NCBI GenBank assembly: GCA_002189035.1
Contig: NEEC01000017.1
Location: 496,001 to 560,000, forward strand
Direction of reading: 5' to 3'
DNA length: 64,000 bases
DNA from: Utricularia gibba
Taxonomy: Eukaryota; Plantae; Magnoliophyta
Of the stretch, positions 35,161-47,701 are shown one piece after another. The notes under the pieces are model-generated. The model saw only the letters and a program-made list of their open reading frames with translations. It did not search any database and was not told the origin of the DNA. The translations under genes and the position numbers were made by a program. The first letter of the stretch is position 1; every line of letters begins with the position of its first letter.

Positions 35161-36681
35161 CAAGTCATCATTGTTCATATGTGTTAGATCGAAACCTTTA
35201 CATGATAGTGCATTTAGAAACTTGATCAAAAACAAGATGAGTAAAGGGAGACACATCAGTTTTATATGAAAACTTAACGTAGGAGAAAACTACAAGCAAT
35301 GAAATCGTCCACTAATGTAAAGAGTAAAGTAATAAAGCTACATTACACAAAAGACACAATGACTCAAGGAAGAAAAAGAATGCAAAAGTTTTGAAATCCT
35401 TGAAAGAAGAAATATCTTATCTCTTTGCCAATACTATATTTTGCAATAGATATATCACATCTTGTCATTGGGCTGAATGATAATAACCCATATTGTAGTA
35501 AATTGAAAGCATAGACTCAACAAATCTCCCTTTGATTGAGAGTTTACTCAATGTGATTCCCAATAACATAAATGCACATAATTGACAACCTTCAATGCCC
35601 CGATAATAGAGTTTCCTATAACTTCTCCTCAATGTAGTCCCTAGCAACATATGTAACAATGGAGTATAACCATCCTTACAGGGTGAGTGGACAACTTCAT
35701 AAGTCAATAACTTAGTTCTCAAGAAGACCCATCATGCTCTTCAAAGTGAGGAATTTGGTCATCGGCAATACTTTGTTCAACATGTCGGCAATGTTCACAA
35801 AAGTGCCAACTTTTTTCACTTGCACTTGACCCTTCTCAATCACTTCTTGGATGAATTGATAATGAACATCAATATGCTTTGTGCGGTTGTGAAACATAGG
35901 ATCTTTAGCCAAAAAAATTGCATTTTGACTATTACATAAAAACTTTTTTCATCAATTTCTGCACACCAAGTTCAGAGAGAAACCAGTAAGTCAAATAGCT
36001 TCTTTGACAACTTAGTAAGTGACATAAATTCGACCTCGGTGGTGGAAAGTGCTTGTGAATGTTGTAACATTGCCTTCCATGATATAACTGTATTTTCTGA
36101 TAAGAATATTTTGGTAGTAAGGGATTTTCCATAGTCCAAATACTAAATTGAAATCCACTTCATTCAAGCTTTTGAATATCACACCTCACGGAAGTCATTA
36201 TGTCACAAAGAACTCTCAGAAGCAATTAGCAAGGCAATAGAAAACCAATCCCTTGCCAACATGAGAAATAGGGCATAAGAAATGACAACAACCTTCAAGT
36301 GTGAGCCCAACCTGTTTTGATACCACTTTGTAAGGATCGTTCGTGCTCGTATATGTTAAAGATCAAAACATTACATGATAACACGTTTGAAAACTTAATC
36401 GAAAACAAGAAGAGTAAAAGGAGACACATCGGTTTTATGAAACCCAAAGTGGGAGAAAACAATGAACAATGAAACCCTTCACTAATGCAAATGAGAAATC
36501 AATGAAATTATAGTATATAGAAAACACAATAACTTAAAGAAGAACATAAACCTTAAAATCCTTGAAAGAAATATGTTATTTCTATGTCCATACTATATTT
36601 TGTGAGAAAAATATCATGTATTATCGTTAGGCTGAATTATAATGGCCTAGGTTATAACAAACTAAAATCATAGACCCAACA
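35160..36681 (-). mobile_element. Miniature, internally deleted Copia LTR element
   Basis: Diverged direct repeats ~35160-35522 and 36329-36681 begin TGTTG on the minus strand. PBS-like TGGTATC follows the 5' LTR and PPT AAGGGAGAT precedes the 3' LTR. RNase H tail HNRTKHIDVHYQFIQE...NIADML. Confidence 0.8.
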
Positions 36682-39600
36682 CACTTTTTCTAGCTATGAT
36701 TGTAGTCGCTGATAGCAGTGTGAAGGAGTATAAATTTGTAGGAAATGGATATGTGAGGCATGTATCGTATGATATTGCAGATATTTGTTCTCAATAAGAT
36801 GCTTTACTCCATAAAAAAAAATATTATGCGCGATATGAGAGGGTACACATATTTATAGTCAAATGCTTGGTAACGTTTGCCTACTTTCTAAGAGTTAGCT
36901 GTTGCTCCTCCAAATGTCCACCAGCATTAATGGACCCACTTTTGGGCCGGATTCTTTATGATAGAGGCTCCATCATTGAATCATTTTTCATGACCCACTT
37001 TCTTATTTTGCTGTCCGTCATAATATGCACAAGGTGCTGACATGTCTTGTTCTTCTTCCTCTTGTTTTCTCTCATCACCCTCCAGATGTCTAAGTTTGAA
37101 TCTTCCACGCTTCCCTTAGATTGCTGCTGGCTTATCTCAGGTTCATCCTCACTTGTTATCATTCCTCCTTGAGGGTGTATATGAGATGAGACAGTAGGAC
37201 TCTTGGGATTTCAACGCAGCCCTAGCAGTTCCCGAATCTAGGAAAAATGATTTTGAAAGCGTGCTTTAGTAAAAATATCCACTGCTTGCTTCTCTAAAGG
37301 TAAGTATTCCAATTTGATGCCTTCTTCTTTGATATAATCCTGTAAAACATGATATTTGATTTTGATATGTTTTGTTTTCCCAAACATAACTGAATTTTAA
37401 ACTATACTTATAGCAGACTTGTTGTCTATTTTCAGAATAAGGGGCTTGTTAATCTTGATTTTTAGATCTTCGCATAATTTCAGGAGCCATTGGGCATGAT
37501 TGGCAGCAGAAGCTCTAGCCATACACTCTGCCTTTGCTGAAGACTATGCCACTAAGTTCTATTTTTGGTTATTCTAGACGAATGCAACTGACCCCGTTGT
37601 CAAAAGATATTCGGTGGTTGACTTAAGATCAGATTCATCTCTTGTGAAATAGGAATCCACAAATCCTTGAACAGAGAGGTCAGTATTTTTCTTGAAGTAT
37701 AAACCTATAGTTTTTGTTGCATTAAAATACCTATATTTGTTTACCTATTTTAAGATGTAAAGTAAGAGGCTGATGCATAAACTTGGAGAGGAACGTTACG
37801 ACAAAAGTAATGTTTGGTCAAGTAGATGTGAGGTAGAGTAGAGCACCAATTATCTTTTGGTATTCTTGTATATTTACCACTTGTTTTTGTGAGTCAAGAG
37901 AGCCTGAATCAGTTGAGCACATAGATCTCAAACTCTTGTTTGCTTTATTCTTCAGGTATGGAGTAAATGGAGTTGTTGCCTCCTTGGTGTTTTCCATGCC
38001 AAATTTCTTCAGTAAATCTTCGGTATATTTATGCTGGCTTAGAAAAATAAATTCATGATCTTGAATTATTTCCAATCCTAAGATATACTTAGCAGGTCCT
38101 AGATCAGTCAATTCGAATCTTTCCTTGAGTTTTGATTTCTGTTATGCAATCAATATCTCGTTGTTTCCAGTAAGCAAGATGTCATCAACATATAGAGATA
38201 TGATGATTTTTCCCATTTGGGTGTCAAGAATGTAGAGAGTAGGATCATTCTTGCTTATGTAATATCCTATTTGATAGAAGAAGGAATCTATAGTAGAATA
38301 CCATTCTTTTGGCACTTGCTTGAGTCCATAAAGAGCTTTTTGAAGTTTCAGTACCTTGTTTGAATCATGTTTAAGCATAAAACCAAGGGGATTTTCGACA
38401 TAGATATCTTCTTTCAAGTCTCCATTCAAAAATGCATTTTTAATGTTCACGTAGGATCCAACGTTGGCTAGCGGCAAGAGCAATTATCAACTTAATAGTA
38501 TCTAAACGAGCAATAGGTGCGAACATCTCCTAGTAGTCAATACCTTCCTTCTGAAGGTAGCCTTTTGCAACAAATCTGGATTTTAGTTTATTCACGAACC
38601 CATCAGGATTGAGCTTTGTTCGATAGATCCATTTCAATCCAAGGGGTTTAATGTTAGGTGGTTTATCTACCACTGTCCACACTTGATGTTCTATAGCATT
38701 TAATTCTATGTTCATTGATTCCCTCCATGTCGGGTCCTATTGCAGACATCAGTCAGTGGGTAAAATCCTCTAACATAATCTTTGTCTACATGTTGATTAG
38801 AAGAATCCAACATGAAATGAGGTACATATGAATCATAGCTGGTTTATGATGGAGAGATAGGTTCACAAATCTTCAAGGTCCTATCGTAGACATCAGTCCG
38901 TGGGTAAAATCCTCTAACATAATCTTTGTCTACATGTTGATTAGAAGAATCCAACATGAAATGAGGTACATATGAATCATAGCTACTTGTTGATTCCTCA
39001 GAAGTAGATTATGTGATATTGTGTCTCTTTGATAAATGATCATCAAGATTTGAGAGGTGGGATCTTTCATTTTCCTCCTGTTCGAGTAATTCAGTAGAGA
39101 GATATTTTGATTCTCTGTGATTTTTGTGTGAAAGGGTTTGTGATTGATCAGAATGTGGTATAAAGTCATTTTCCTGTATAGCTTGATCAGATTCTAGGTC
39201 ATGCCTTGGAGAAATTGTTGTCATCCGTTTCAGATTCATATAAGTTAGTGTCCTACCTGACTGTAGGTTTGGGCTCCAACAGCTCATTGATTAAATCTGC
39301 TTCATTTATTTCAATGATGTCATCATGAACATCATAAGGAAATGGGAAGCTTACAACTTGAGGGTAAGCAACTTCATCCTTATGCGCACATGATATATTA
39401 TTCCAATTGCAAGTATGCTTTTCGTCAACCATCACGTCAACACATCTTTGGACTTCAATACATTGTTTAGTTGGAATAAATATTCTGTAGATTTGAAAAG
39501 AATCAGAATATCCCACAAATACACATATATGCGAATGGCTCTCCAGTTTTCTGCGTTTTTCCTTTGGAATATGGACATAACAAAGGGATCCAAAAATTTT

Positions 39601-42247
39601 CAAGTGTTGAAGATCCGGAGCTCTTCCATACCATATTTCGTGAGGAGTTTTTCTTTCTAGTAAGCCTTTTGTAGGTAGTCTATTTAATAGGAAAACTGCT
39701 GTGTTGACAACTTCTCCCCGAAAATGCAATGGTAGATTAGATTCCAATAAGAGACATCTAGTCATATTTCTGATAGTCCGATTTTTTTTTTCGCAAATAC
39801 CATTTAGCTGTGGCATGTATGGAAAGGTTAACTGATGTACTATACCACTTGTTCTGTAGATATCACGTAGATTAGATGACTTGTATTCCTTGCCATTGTC
39901 TGAGTATAGAGTAAGTATTCGCTTTGTAGTTTTGCCATGGCCTTGAACATTTTCAAGTATTTAGTAACTTCATATTTTTGCTTGAGAAAATACACCTAAG
40001 TATACCTTGAGAAGTCATCAATAAAGATCACATATAATTTTTTTCCCGCTAGAGTATCCACATGTATGGGTCCGTAGATGTCACTGACTATTAATTTCAG
40101 TTTGGAGTCTAAAGTCTCAATTCTGTTTTTGAACATCTTCCTATTCATTTTTCCTAGGAGACACGTGTTGTAGGGATGATTCCAGTCTTTCATTGGATGT
40201 ATGCCACGTATAAATCCTTGTGATTGAGCTGTTTTTAGTAGATTCAAGTGTGGATGACCTAGTCTTTTGTGTCACAAGTAGTATGTATCGGCCAGTGCAA
40301 AACCAAAATTAGGATTAGTAGATTTACAATTTACATAGAATAGACGGTTTACCATAGGCATTTTCAGCATGGTATTATGTGCATAATCCTTGAGTATACA
40401 CATATGATTTTCTAGGCTCAATTCATATCCGCTTTCAATTAGTTGGCCTGCGTTCAATAAGTTATGAGAAGCTTGAGGAACATAGAACACATCGATAATC
40501 TTTATAAGTTTATGATCTATCTCTAAGCATATTATTCCAACTCCTTCTATTGTAATTGGCGTTCCATCTGTAATAATAAGTGTTTTTCCAGCTATAGGCA
40601 CATATGGTGTAAAAATAGTCTTGTCATAGGTCAAATGATTGTTGCAAGTGCAATTAATATACCAAGTTGAGTTATGTTGAAGATCTGTGAAATCTGTGAG
40701 TGTTGTCTTGTTGCACAGGGTATAAACTGAAGGCTTCACATTCATCTTCGAATCATCAAAGGATACATTGTTTGATTTGTTTTTTGAGTTTTTCAGAAGT
40801 TGCTGAAGCAGAATATCTAGAGGCTTGAATTTTCTTGGTGGGACACACCCGCTCCACATGCCTTTAGTTGAGTAAAGCAAGCAATGCACCTCAGGATGCC
40901 AAAAACAGTTCATAGGTAAGTGATTTTTCTACGGACAATATGGGCAAGGAGGATGTGGCCCCATCTTTGCGGACAGAAAGCTTGGTCTAGCATATTGCTG
41001 AGTTATGTTCTCTCTCCTTTGAAATCAAATAGAGTGAATGAGGTTTTCAGGGCTGCTTCTAGTAAGTTTTCCTCATTGCGGGATTTTCTTCAATTGTCCA
41101 CATTTTTGAAGTGTTGGAGTAGTTGTTGTAGGTTGAGAGTTTCAAGGAATATAGTTGCTTGCAATGACTCTATAATAGCATCAAACGCTGTTGGCGCTCC
41201 ATGGATGACTCGAGCCTTTAGTTTACGTTCTTCACGATTATCAACATCTTCTTCAAGGCGCTTTAGTTTTTTCAGGTTTTTTAAAAGTTGTTTAGTGCTC
41301 ACTGCGACCTCGCCATCTTTTATTTTGAAGTTGTAGACTTGATTCCAAGGTTTCTGAATTTTCCTTTGCTGTCTTCCCTAGTTTTTTCAAAGGTCTTTTG
41401 GAGTGTGAGTCATGCCTCTCTTAAAGATTTTCTAGTTATGTATCTATAAGCATCTCCTATCACGGTAGAAACTAGTACTGTTGAAGCTTGAATTTCCTTG
41501 TCTTTGTAAGCCTTTTCTACATTAGATTTCTCATCTGGTGTTCTTTCAAAAATAGGATCGGTGGCTATTATTTTCAAGAGGCTGTGGAGTTGGAGGTATA
41601 TCTCCATTTTTGGTACCCAAATATTATATCCCTTTCCATCAAAGGTAGGAGGTGATATATTTGTTGTTGACATGTTGTATTCTTCTAGTGGATATGCAAG
41701 AGAAAGTAGACTAGTGGTAACAAATAAGTAAGTATAATGTTTTGAGTTTCAAACCAATGTTGGAAGGTTGACAATGCTGGGCTGCTTTTCTTCACATTGG
41801 GTTCATCATGATAATAGTGTGAAGGAGTATAAGTTTGTCGGAAATGGATATTTAAGGCATGTATCATATGATATTGCAGATATTTGTTCTCAATAAAAAG
41901 TTTTACTACATAAAAAAAAATATGCTGCAAGATATGAGAGAATACATATATTTATAATCAAATACCCAATAACCATTGATTACTTTCTAGGAGCCGTTGC
42001 TCCTCGTGTCCATCAACATTGATAGATCAACTTTTGGGCTGAATCCTTTATGGAAAACCTCCATCTTTGAATCATTTTTCATGGCCCACTTCATTATTTT
42101 GATGTCCATCATAATAAACCCAAGGTGGTGGCATATTCTTCTTCTTCCTATTTTTTTTCATCACCCTCCACATGTCTAGGTCTAAATCTTCCACGCTTCC
42201 CTCAAATTGGTGTTGGCTTATCTCAGGTTCATTTTCACTCATCATCA
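36682..42247 (-). mobile_element. Decayed full-length Copia LTR retrotransposon
   Basis: LTRs 41758-42247 and ~36682-37161, with PPT next to 37161. Broken gag (PPTFDGKGYNIW), protease, integrase (SDIYGP..FIDDFSR; CEKKNRTI), RT (NAFLNGDLKEDIYV, LYVDDI) and RNase H, in Copia order. Confidence 0.9.
38734..38984 (+). repeat. Near-identical tandem duplication (144-bp period) inside the Copia element
   Basis: GACATCAGTC..CATAGCT at 38745-38840 recurs at 38889-38984 with a single visible mismatch. Confidence 0.9.
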
Positions 42248-42353
42248 ATCACAACCTACCGTGGAACAACATGAGATTTTGATGCATTCCCAGCACAACT
42301 TTTTCTTCATCAATATCATGCAGCTTGAAGAAGTAAGACTTTCTTCTATCTTG

Positions 42354-43560
42354 TGTAACGTCCCAAGAAGCGGGCTTGGGAGCCATGGTCATTACCCCAC
42401 CCAGAAACGTGGCTTGTTTTGTGGGTGGCTTTGATTTGATTCGTTTAACCTACATGGACACAAGATTACTGGGAAATATCTTATTCATAAATACGGGAAA
42501 GAAGGTTCAACAAAGTCCACGAAATCACATCAAAACATAAAGGAAAACACCAGCAAAACAACAGCTTTTTATTCCTCAGTCCCCTCGATCCTCCGGGTTC
42601 ACTCCGCCAATTTCTGTACGACTAGAACCTTCACCTACACATAAATTCGTGAGGGGATCAACATATGCATAGGGTAGACCACACTACCAACCATAATCAC
42701 ATCATTATAAGCATGACACATCATTATAAGCACAACATTAGCACATATCATCGTAAGAGCATAAACACATATATTGTAAGAACCCATCGGTTACAAGGGG
42801 GCGTGCATCCCATGTTGGCACATCACGTTATCGTCGAGAGGGATCCCAGCCACGATGATTTATCTCCACCCCGCTCCCTTTAGAGCTCACGGCAATATCT
42901 ACCTTCAAACTCACATTATGTTGCCGTCGGAGATACCTTGGTGAAGGATCCAACCCCACCCCTTCGGACTCATCATCTTACGGCCTTTCAGCCCTTATTC
43001 GTACGTTCCTACTCATGCTTCCTTTACCTTTATGTGGCTCATTGTCCTCCTGCCAAATCGTGACTTTCTCCTTCCATATCTTGACATGGTGGCACTTCTT
43101 CGATTTCTAATCCCCCAATCCATCACTATGCTAAGCCCTTATATACTACTCTTGACTGTTGAACTTCTTATCCCTTTCTTCTTCCAACCCTTCACTTTAC
43201 GAGTCCAATATATGAAAAGTCAGCTTTCTTACCCATCTTAGGCCCTTGAGCCCTTCTCCAACACCCCATTGGGCCAATCCAACCATGTCTCATCCAACGC
43301 TTGGGCTCGCGACCACACTTTGCCCAACGTTCATCACGCCACTCACCATCCCTTGGACATGCATGCTTGCTCGATCGTACAGAATCTCGTCAACTCAAGC
43401 GGGTCTCTCCTGCAAGCACTCTCGGGATTCACCCAAAAGCCCGATACACCTCTGTCAAGAGTTGCACGTCGTATTCGATTCGACCAATTCCTTGTGCACG
43501 AACAGCCAAGAAGAGAAGTTCCTCATAACCACTTCATGTTCGTCCCCTTGGCTTCTCTGC
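42354..43560. mobile_element. Possible Gypsy-type LTR/internal remnant
   Basis: Starts TGTAACGTCCC, contains GTTACA at 42790, and has composition unlike its flanks. No recognisable protein motif. Confidence 0.3.
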
Positions 43561-43589
43561 ATGGTGTATCATCATTAAAATGCAATATA

Positions 43590-44240
43590 CTTCTACCATT
43601 GTTATGACAATCTTGTAGAGGAGTTGCCATTATTACCTTGATTTCAGTAGGCCATGACAATCTTTTAGAGTTGCCATTCCTACCTTGATTTCAGTAGGCC
43701 CTATACTTGTGGCCTTTCTAAGTTCTTCCTTTACCGTGCTACTAACTTTTGGGATCATTTCTGGTGCCCTAAAACTCTGTCTCCATTTAGCGGGTTTCGT
43801 TTGAGAAAGATTTTCCTTTTTCTCTCAGATTTTTCCAGCTTCGGAGTTTCTAATCGTCAGGCCAACCTTCGTATTTCAGATTCGATTTCTTGAATTTCTT
43901 CATCAAGTGCCACTTCATCCCTAATTTGATTCACCATCTCCGGCTTCAGAACAAGATTTTCCTCGACTTTCTTCCCCAAAACAACCCTAACCTTGGATTT
44001 GCTTCCATTGAAAGTCACAGCAGAAGAAGATTTCTTACCAGAAACACTTGGACTAATCTGATTTTCCACCCCAAGGCTCCGATTCTCTTTTCCGGAAACG
44101 GAATCCATGGATGCTCTTTAATTTTACAAAATCGATTCCAACGAACCCCACGAGTGCGAAAATTCATCTCCGTTGTCGAACTCGTTGTTGTCCCAAATCC
44201 GAAGATCTACAGAAGATCCCACGAACGGCTGAGACTTCAT
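43590..44240 (-). pseudogene. 5' half of the At4g28230-like gene with nonsense codons and a 50-bp tandem duplication
   Basis: ATG 44240: LRIWDNNEFDNGD..SWGSL, KEN, DEEIQEIESEIRRLA*RLE..LEK, SIGPTEI. Three in-frame stops (TAA, TAA, TGA); duplication at 43604-43653/43654-43700. Confidence 0.75.
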
Positions 44241-44330
44241 CTTCAGATTTCAAAACTTGTTCATTCGACTGATCTTCTGGAAGTGGCTCCAGGGAATTTA
44301 ACTCGGAAAACTGCCCAAGGGGGAGAAATT

Positions 44331-44400
44331 CGACCGTTAGCGATTCAATCGAAAGAGCCCCCCGCTCGCTCAATTGTGGCCGTTGATCTGGTAACGGCCA
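44331..44400. promoter_or_regulatory. Cluster of three MSA-like (AACGG) elements
   Basis: CCGTT at 44334 and 44380 and AACGG at 44393, 95-160 bp upstream of the pseudogene ATG. Confidence 0.55.
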
Positions 44401-45207
44401 CGATAGCACCTCCCATTTTAGGCTGAACAATTGATGTCAATATCGTCTCATTCATAGCCGGGTCATTTCTCACATTTAAATCATACCATTTTTATATAAA
44501 CAAGACAGCTTTGTGGGCTAATCAATGCATGAATCACGACAAGCCAAATTAGACCATTTTTAAAACTATTTTATCTTTGGGAGTGGGGGTGCATGCAACT
44601 GCCACAATGCCATCTAGGTTGGAGGTGGGGTGCATGCAACTTTCTAGAGTAGAGTATAGGCGAGTAATGTTACCTGACAATTGGCATGAGATGCTGGTCC
44701 AGTCCTTGAACGGCAGGGGCAGGTACCAAGTTGTTTGCCAGGAAATGGAGGTGGAGGTGAAGAGGTTAGGCATCACCGAGTCCAGGGCAGGTGCAAAGAG
44801 GAATTGAACCAACAAAACCAAAGAGAGTAGCAAACAGGGGCATGGCGGAAATATCTATCCATCCCCAGGCTTGTTGAGAGAGTAACGCCAACGTAAAGAC
44901 GACAACTACCACCCATCACCTTAATTACTTTCCTACCACGGAAACCATCCACGGCTACGTTGATTCCCTTGCATTTCAAAATTGTCACTCAACCACAATT
45001 CTCTGGACCTCAAACAGCGGATCTTAACTTTTTCTTCTCCTCATCCCCATTGACAAGAATGGAAAAGATAGCAACTAGGTCTGCAAATCCGTGGCTGCTA
45101 GATGTTTCAACAAGAAATTGAAACTTCGGGAAAAAATTTTCCCCTCTCTGAATCTCTAACCAACGATCCTGGGAAAAGGTGAAAATCGAAAGGCGGTGGA
45201 CTCAAGA

Positions 45208-45684
45208 TCATGCTGCATTTGAACTAGAAAATCGCTCGTATGGCGATGCTCGGTTTTCAGCGGGATTCTTCGGCGGAAGAAATTTAAATAGTACATGTGA
45301 ACGAAAATCATCCGCAATTCTGCGCTTCTTTTTCGGCGAATCATCGGTATCTTCGCGTCTCGCCGCCTTACCGCTGCACGACGAACAACTATCAGGCGCC
45401 GCGTGAGGTGAGGACATCGGAACCACCTGATTTTCGTCCACAGGATCCTCCTCGGCGCCTCCGCAGGCGCATCTCTCGCAAATCGAGTGAATCGGAGTCA
45501 GCCAATCTCCCACGGCAGACCACGGCAGCGCCGATTGGCACGATTTGCAGAGCAGGCTCCTCGAGTGCCGCGCGACCAGGAAGTTTGCGGAATGAACATC
45601 CGCATCGCAGGTCCAACACAAATTCGCCTGATCTGCGTCACATTGCACCCACGCTTTGCCTCCGCAGAGCTCGCACCTCTTCAT
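45208..45684 (-). CDS. Single B-box zinc-finger protein (BBX28/BBX29-like)
   Basis: MKRCELCGGKAWVQCDADQANLCWTCDADVHSANFLVARHSRSLLCKSCQS..PW, ENQVVP motif, basic KKKRR. G-box GCCACGTG ~200 bp upstream. Confidence 0.85.
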   Translation of the reverse strand: MKRCELCGGKAWVQCDADQANLCWTCDADVHSANFLVARHSRSLLCKSCQSALPWSAVGDWLTPIHSICERCACGGAEEDPVDENQVVPMSSPHAAPDSCSSCSGKAARREDTDDSPKKKRRIADDFRSHVLFKFLPPKNPAENRASPYERFSSSNAA

Positions 45685-46079
45685 CTGAAAAAGCCCAACG
45701 AACACGTCTCAGGGATGGATTTGTGAATCTCAGGAAATAAACGTGCGAGAGTCTTAAATACCGAAACTACCCTTCGAGTAGAAAATTTCGGAGTAAATGG
45801 AGGGAGGGAGAGTATTCACTCAAGTCGCAACCTCCACAAGGGGTAGAACAGATAGCGTGCGAGGGCGGTGAAGGGTCTGGATTGCGCCACGTGTTAAAGT
45901 TTCTTAAAAGCACCAGAAACCTATATGTAAATTAATGGCAACTATTCGGAACAGCTCACACCCGCTTGTTTGAAAAATAATTGGATATTTTTTAATATAA
46001 AAAGTTAATATCGCAAAAACCAAAGAGAGAATCCTTTTTTTATTCCAAAATATGAAATAAAGCAATCGCCAATCACAAA

Positions 46080-46835
46080 TATCTAAATGAGAAATCTATC
46101 ATGTTACCTGTTTCAATTTTTTTTTAAAATACATGTTTTTTGTTAATTCATCAAAATATCTGTATTTGACCACATCTTTTATTTTTATTTTTAATCAAAT
46201 ATCTTATTACCAAAAAAGTTTTCAAAAATCTTATTATTCAATTTCATGATTTTTTAATTCTATTTACATTTATATTAGAAATTTGAAAAATTTCAGATTT
46301 CGAATTAGATTTAAAAATAGAAATTTTAGAGAAATTAAAAAAAACGTAATGTATTTTAAAACCAAAAATTCAAAATATTAATAAAAATACATTTTGAAGA
46401 ATTTTTTTCAAATATAATTGAATTCTATTCTATTAATACTAAAAATTTTAAATAGTATTTCATTTTTAAGAAATATAAAGATTAGCTTCTATTTTATGAA
46501 ATTATTTCTTCAAAAATATTTTTTCCAGAAACATAATAAAATATAATTTAAATATTAACTTTATAGATTTCCATAATTCAAATTTTCATTTAAAAAATTT
46601 GGACCAATTATTGTTTACTCATTTTATATAATTTTAAAAAAACGAATTTTTTGAAAACTTCTTGTTCATATCTCTCATCAAATGGCACTATTGGATAATG
46701 TGAGCAAACACCTGTTATTAGTAAAAAATATAGGTATTTTAGTAAGAAAATTACAAACTATAGGTATTTTGATAATAGTAAAAAAAACATGTAATTTAAT
46801 GAACACTTTTGTCTGGTATATTAATAAAAAATGCC
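46080..46835. mobile_element. Second degenerate copy of the MULE-like MITE family
   Basis: AAAATATCTGTATTTGACCACAT (46153) resembles AAAATACCTGTACTTGACCACAT (11214). The right end has inverted ATAGGTATTTT motifs and ends in GCC. Confidence 0.4.
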
Positions 46836-47701
46836 ACATTCTAGACATAAACCGATGAGCCAAATGAAGATTCGGCCGTTTTCCAAATGTCTCTCAAATA
46901 ATGGAATCACTGCCGCCGGCAAAGAGCGGAGGAAGAGGGATGGAGGAGGCGGCCGTCAAGAATCAGAATAACGGAAAAGTGCGATCGCCGCCGAGGCAGT
47001 GGTGGCCTTAGCTGCATGCGATCTCAGAGTATGAGATACGGAAAAGCGATTTCCGATTTTGCCACAATCTGATTCGTCCATCTGTTCCTATATGGATTCC
47101 CCCACACCTGCAACACATGGGATAGAACTTCCCTGTAAAATCCTTATCCATTTTTACCGGATTTGAGGGATACTTCACACCATATTTTAACCGTGGGTAA
47201 GTGCTCATTCGATAGTTTTAATTGTGATGACTTTTTACCTGTTAGTATTTACAGTGGCTTATGTATTATGTCTAAGGATTTACCCTCAACATAATGTGGA
47301 TAAACTTAACCCTGGGTAGTTCTTGACGTCTTGTTTAATTTTCACATGATCCATATTCATGCATGTATGTAACAGTGCCTTTTCCGGCCATTGGGAAGTA
47401 GGCAAATTTATTGTTTTACCCCTGATCCCAGTCGTCGGATCCCCATGATCGGATATTCATCCGACGGTTCACGCTCACTGTTCGTCACTGAGAACAGCTG
47501 AAAAAGCACACGGAAGTCGTTTTCTCTGCTCCGGCACGTAAATGGCCACCGTACAGAGAGACGGCCTCGCCAGCTGCTAGCCAGCCGCCGGTACATCTTT
47601 CTGGTTATTGTGATGTGCCACGTGCCAGGAACAGTATATATACATACGCGTGTGTACGAGAGACAAGCAGCACTGAACGTCGTTTCACGAGTCGGAGTTC
47701 A

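Noticed and set aside
44549-45100. Possible decayed pollen Ole e 1/proline-rich gene (KKLRSAV, NVAVDG, SSLHL)
   Set aside because: Matches are too short and scattered across stops and frames to support a call without a search.
47615-47701. Upstream extension of the bHLH ORF
   Set aside because: It starts at a non-ATG codon and runs through TATA-like sequence (TATATATA ~47636); ATG 47702 is preferred.
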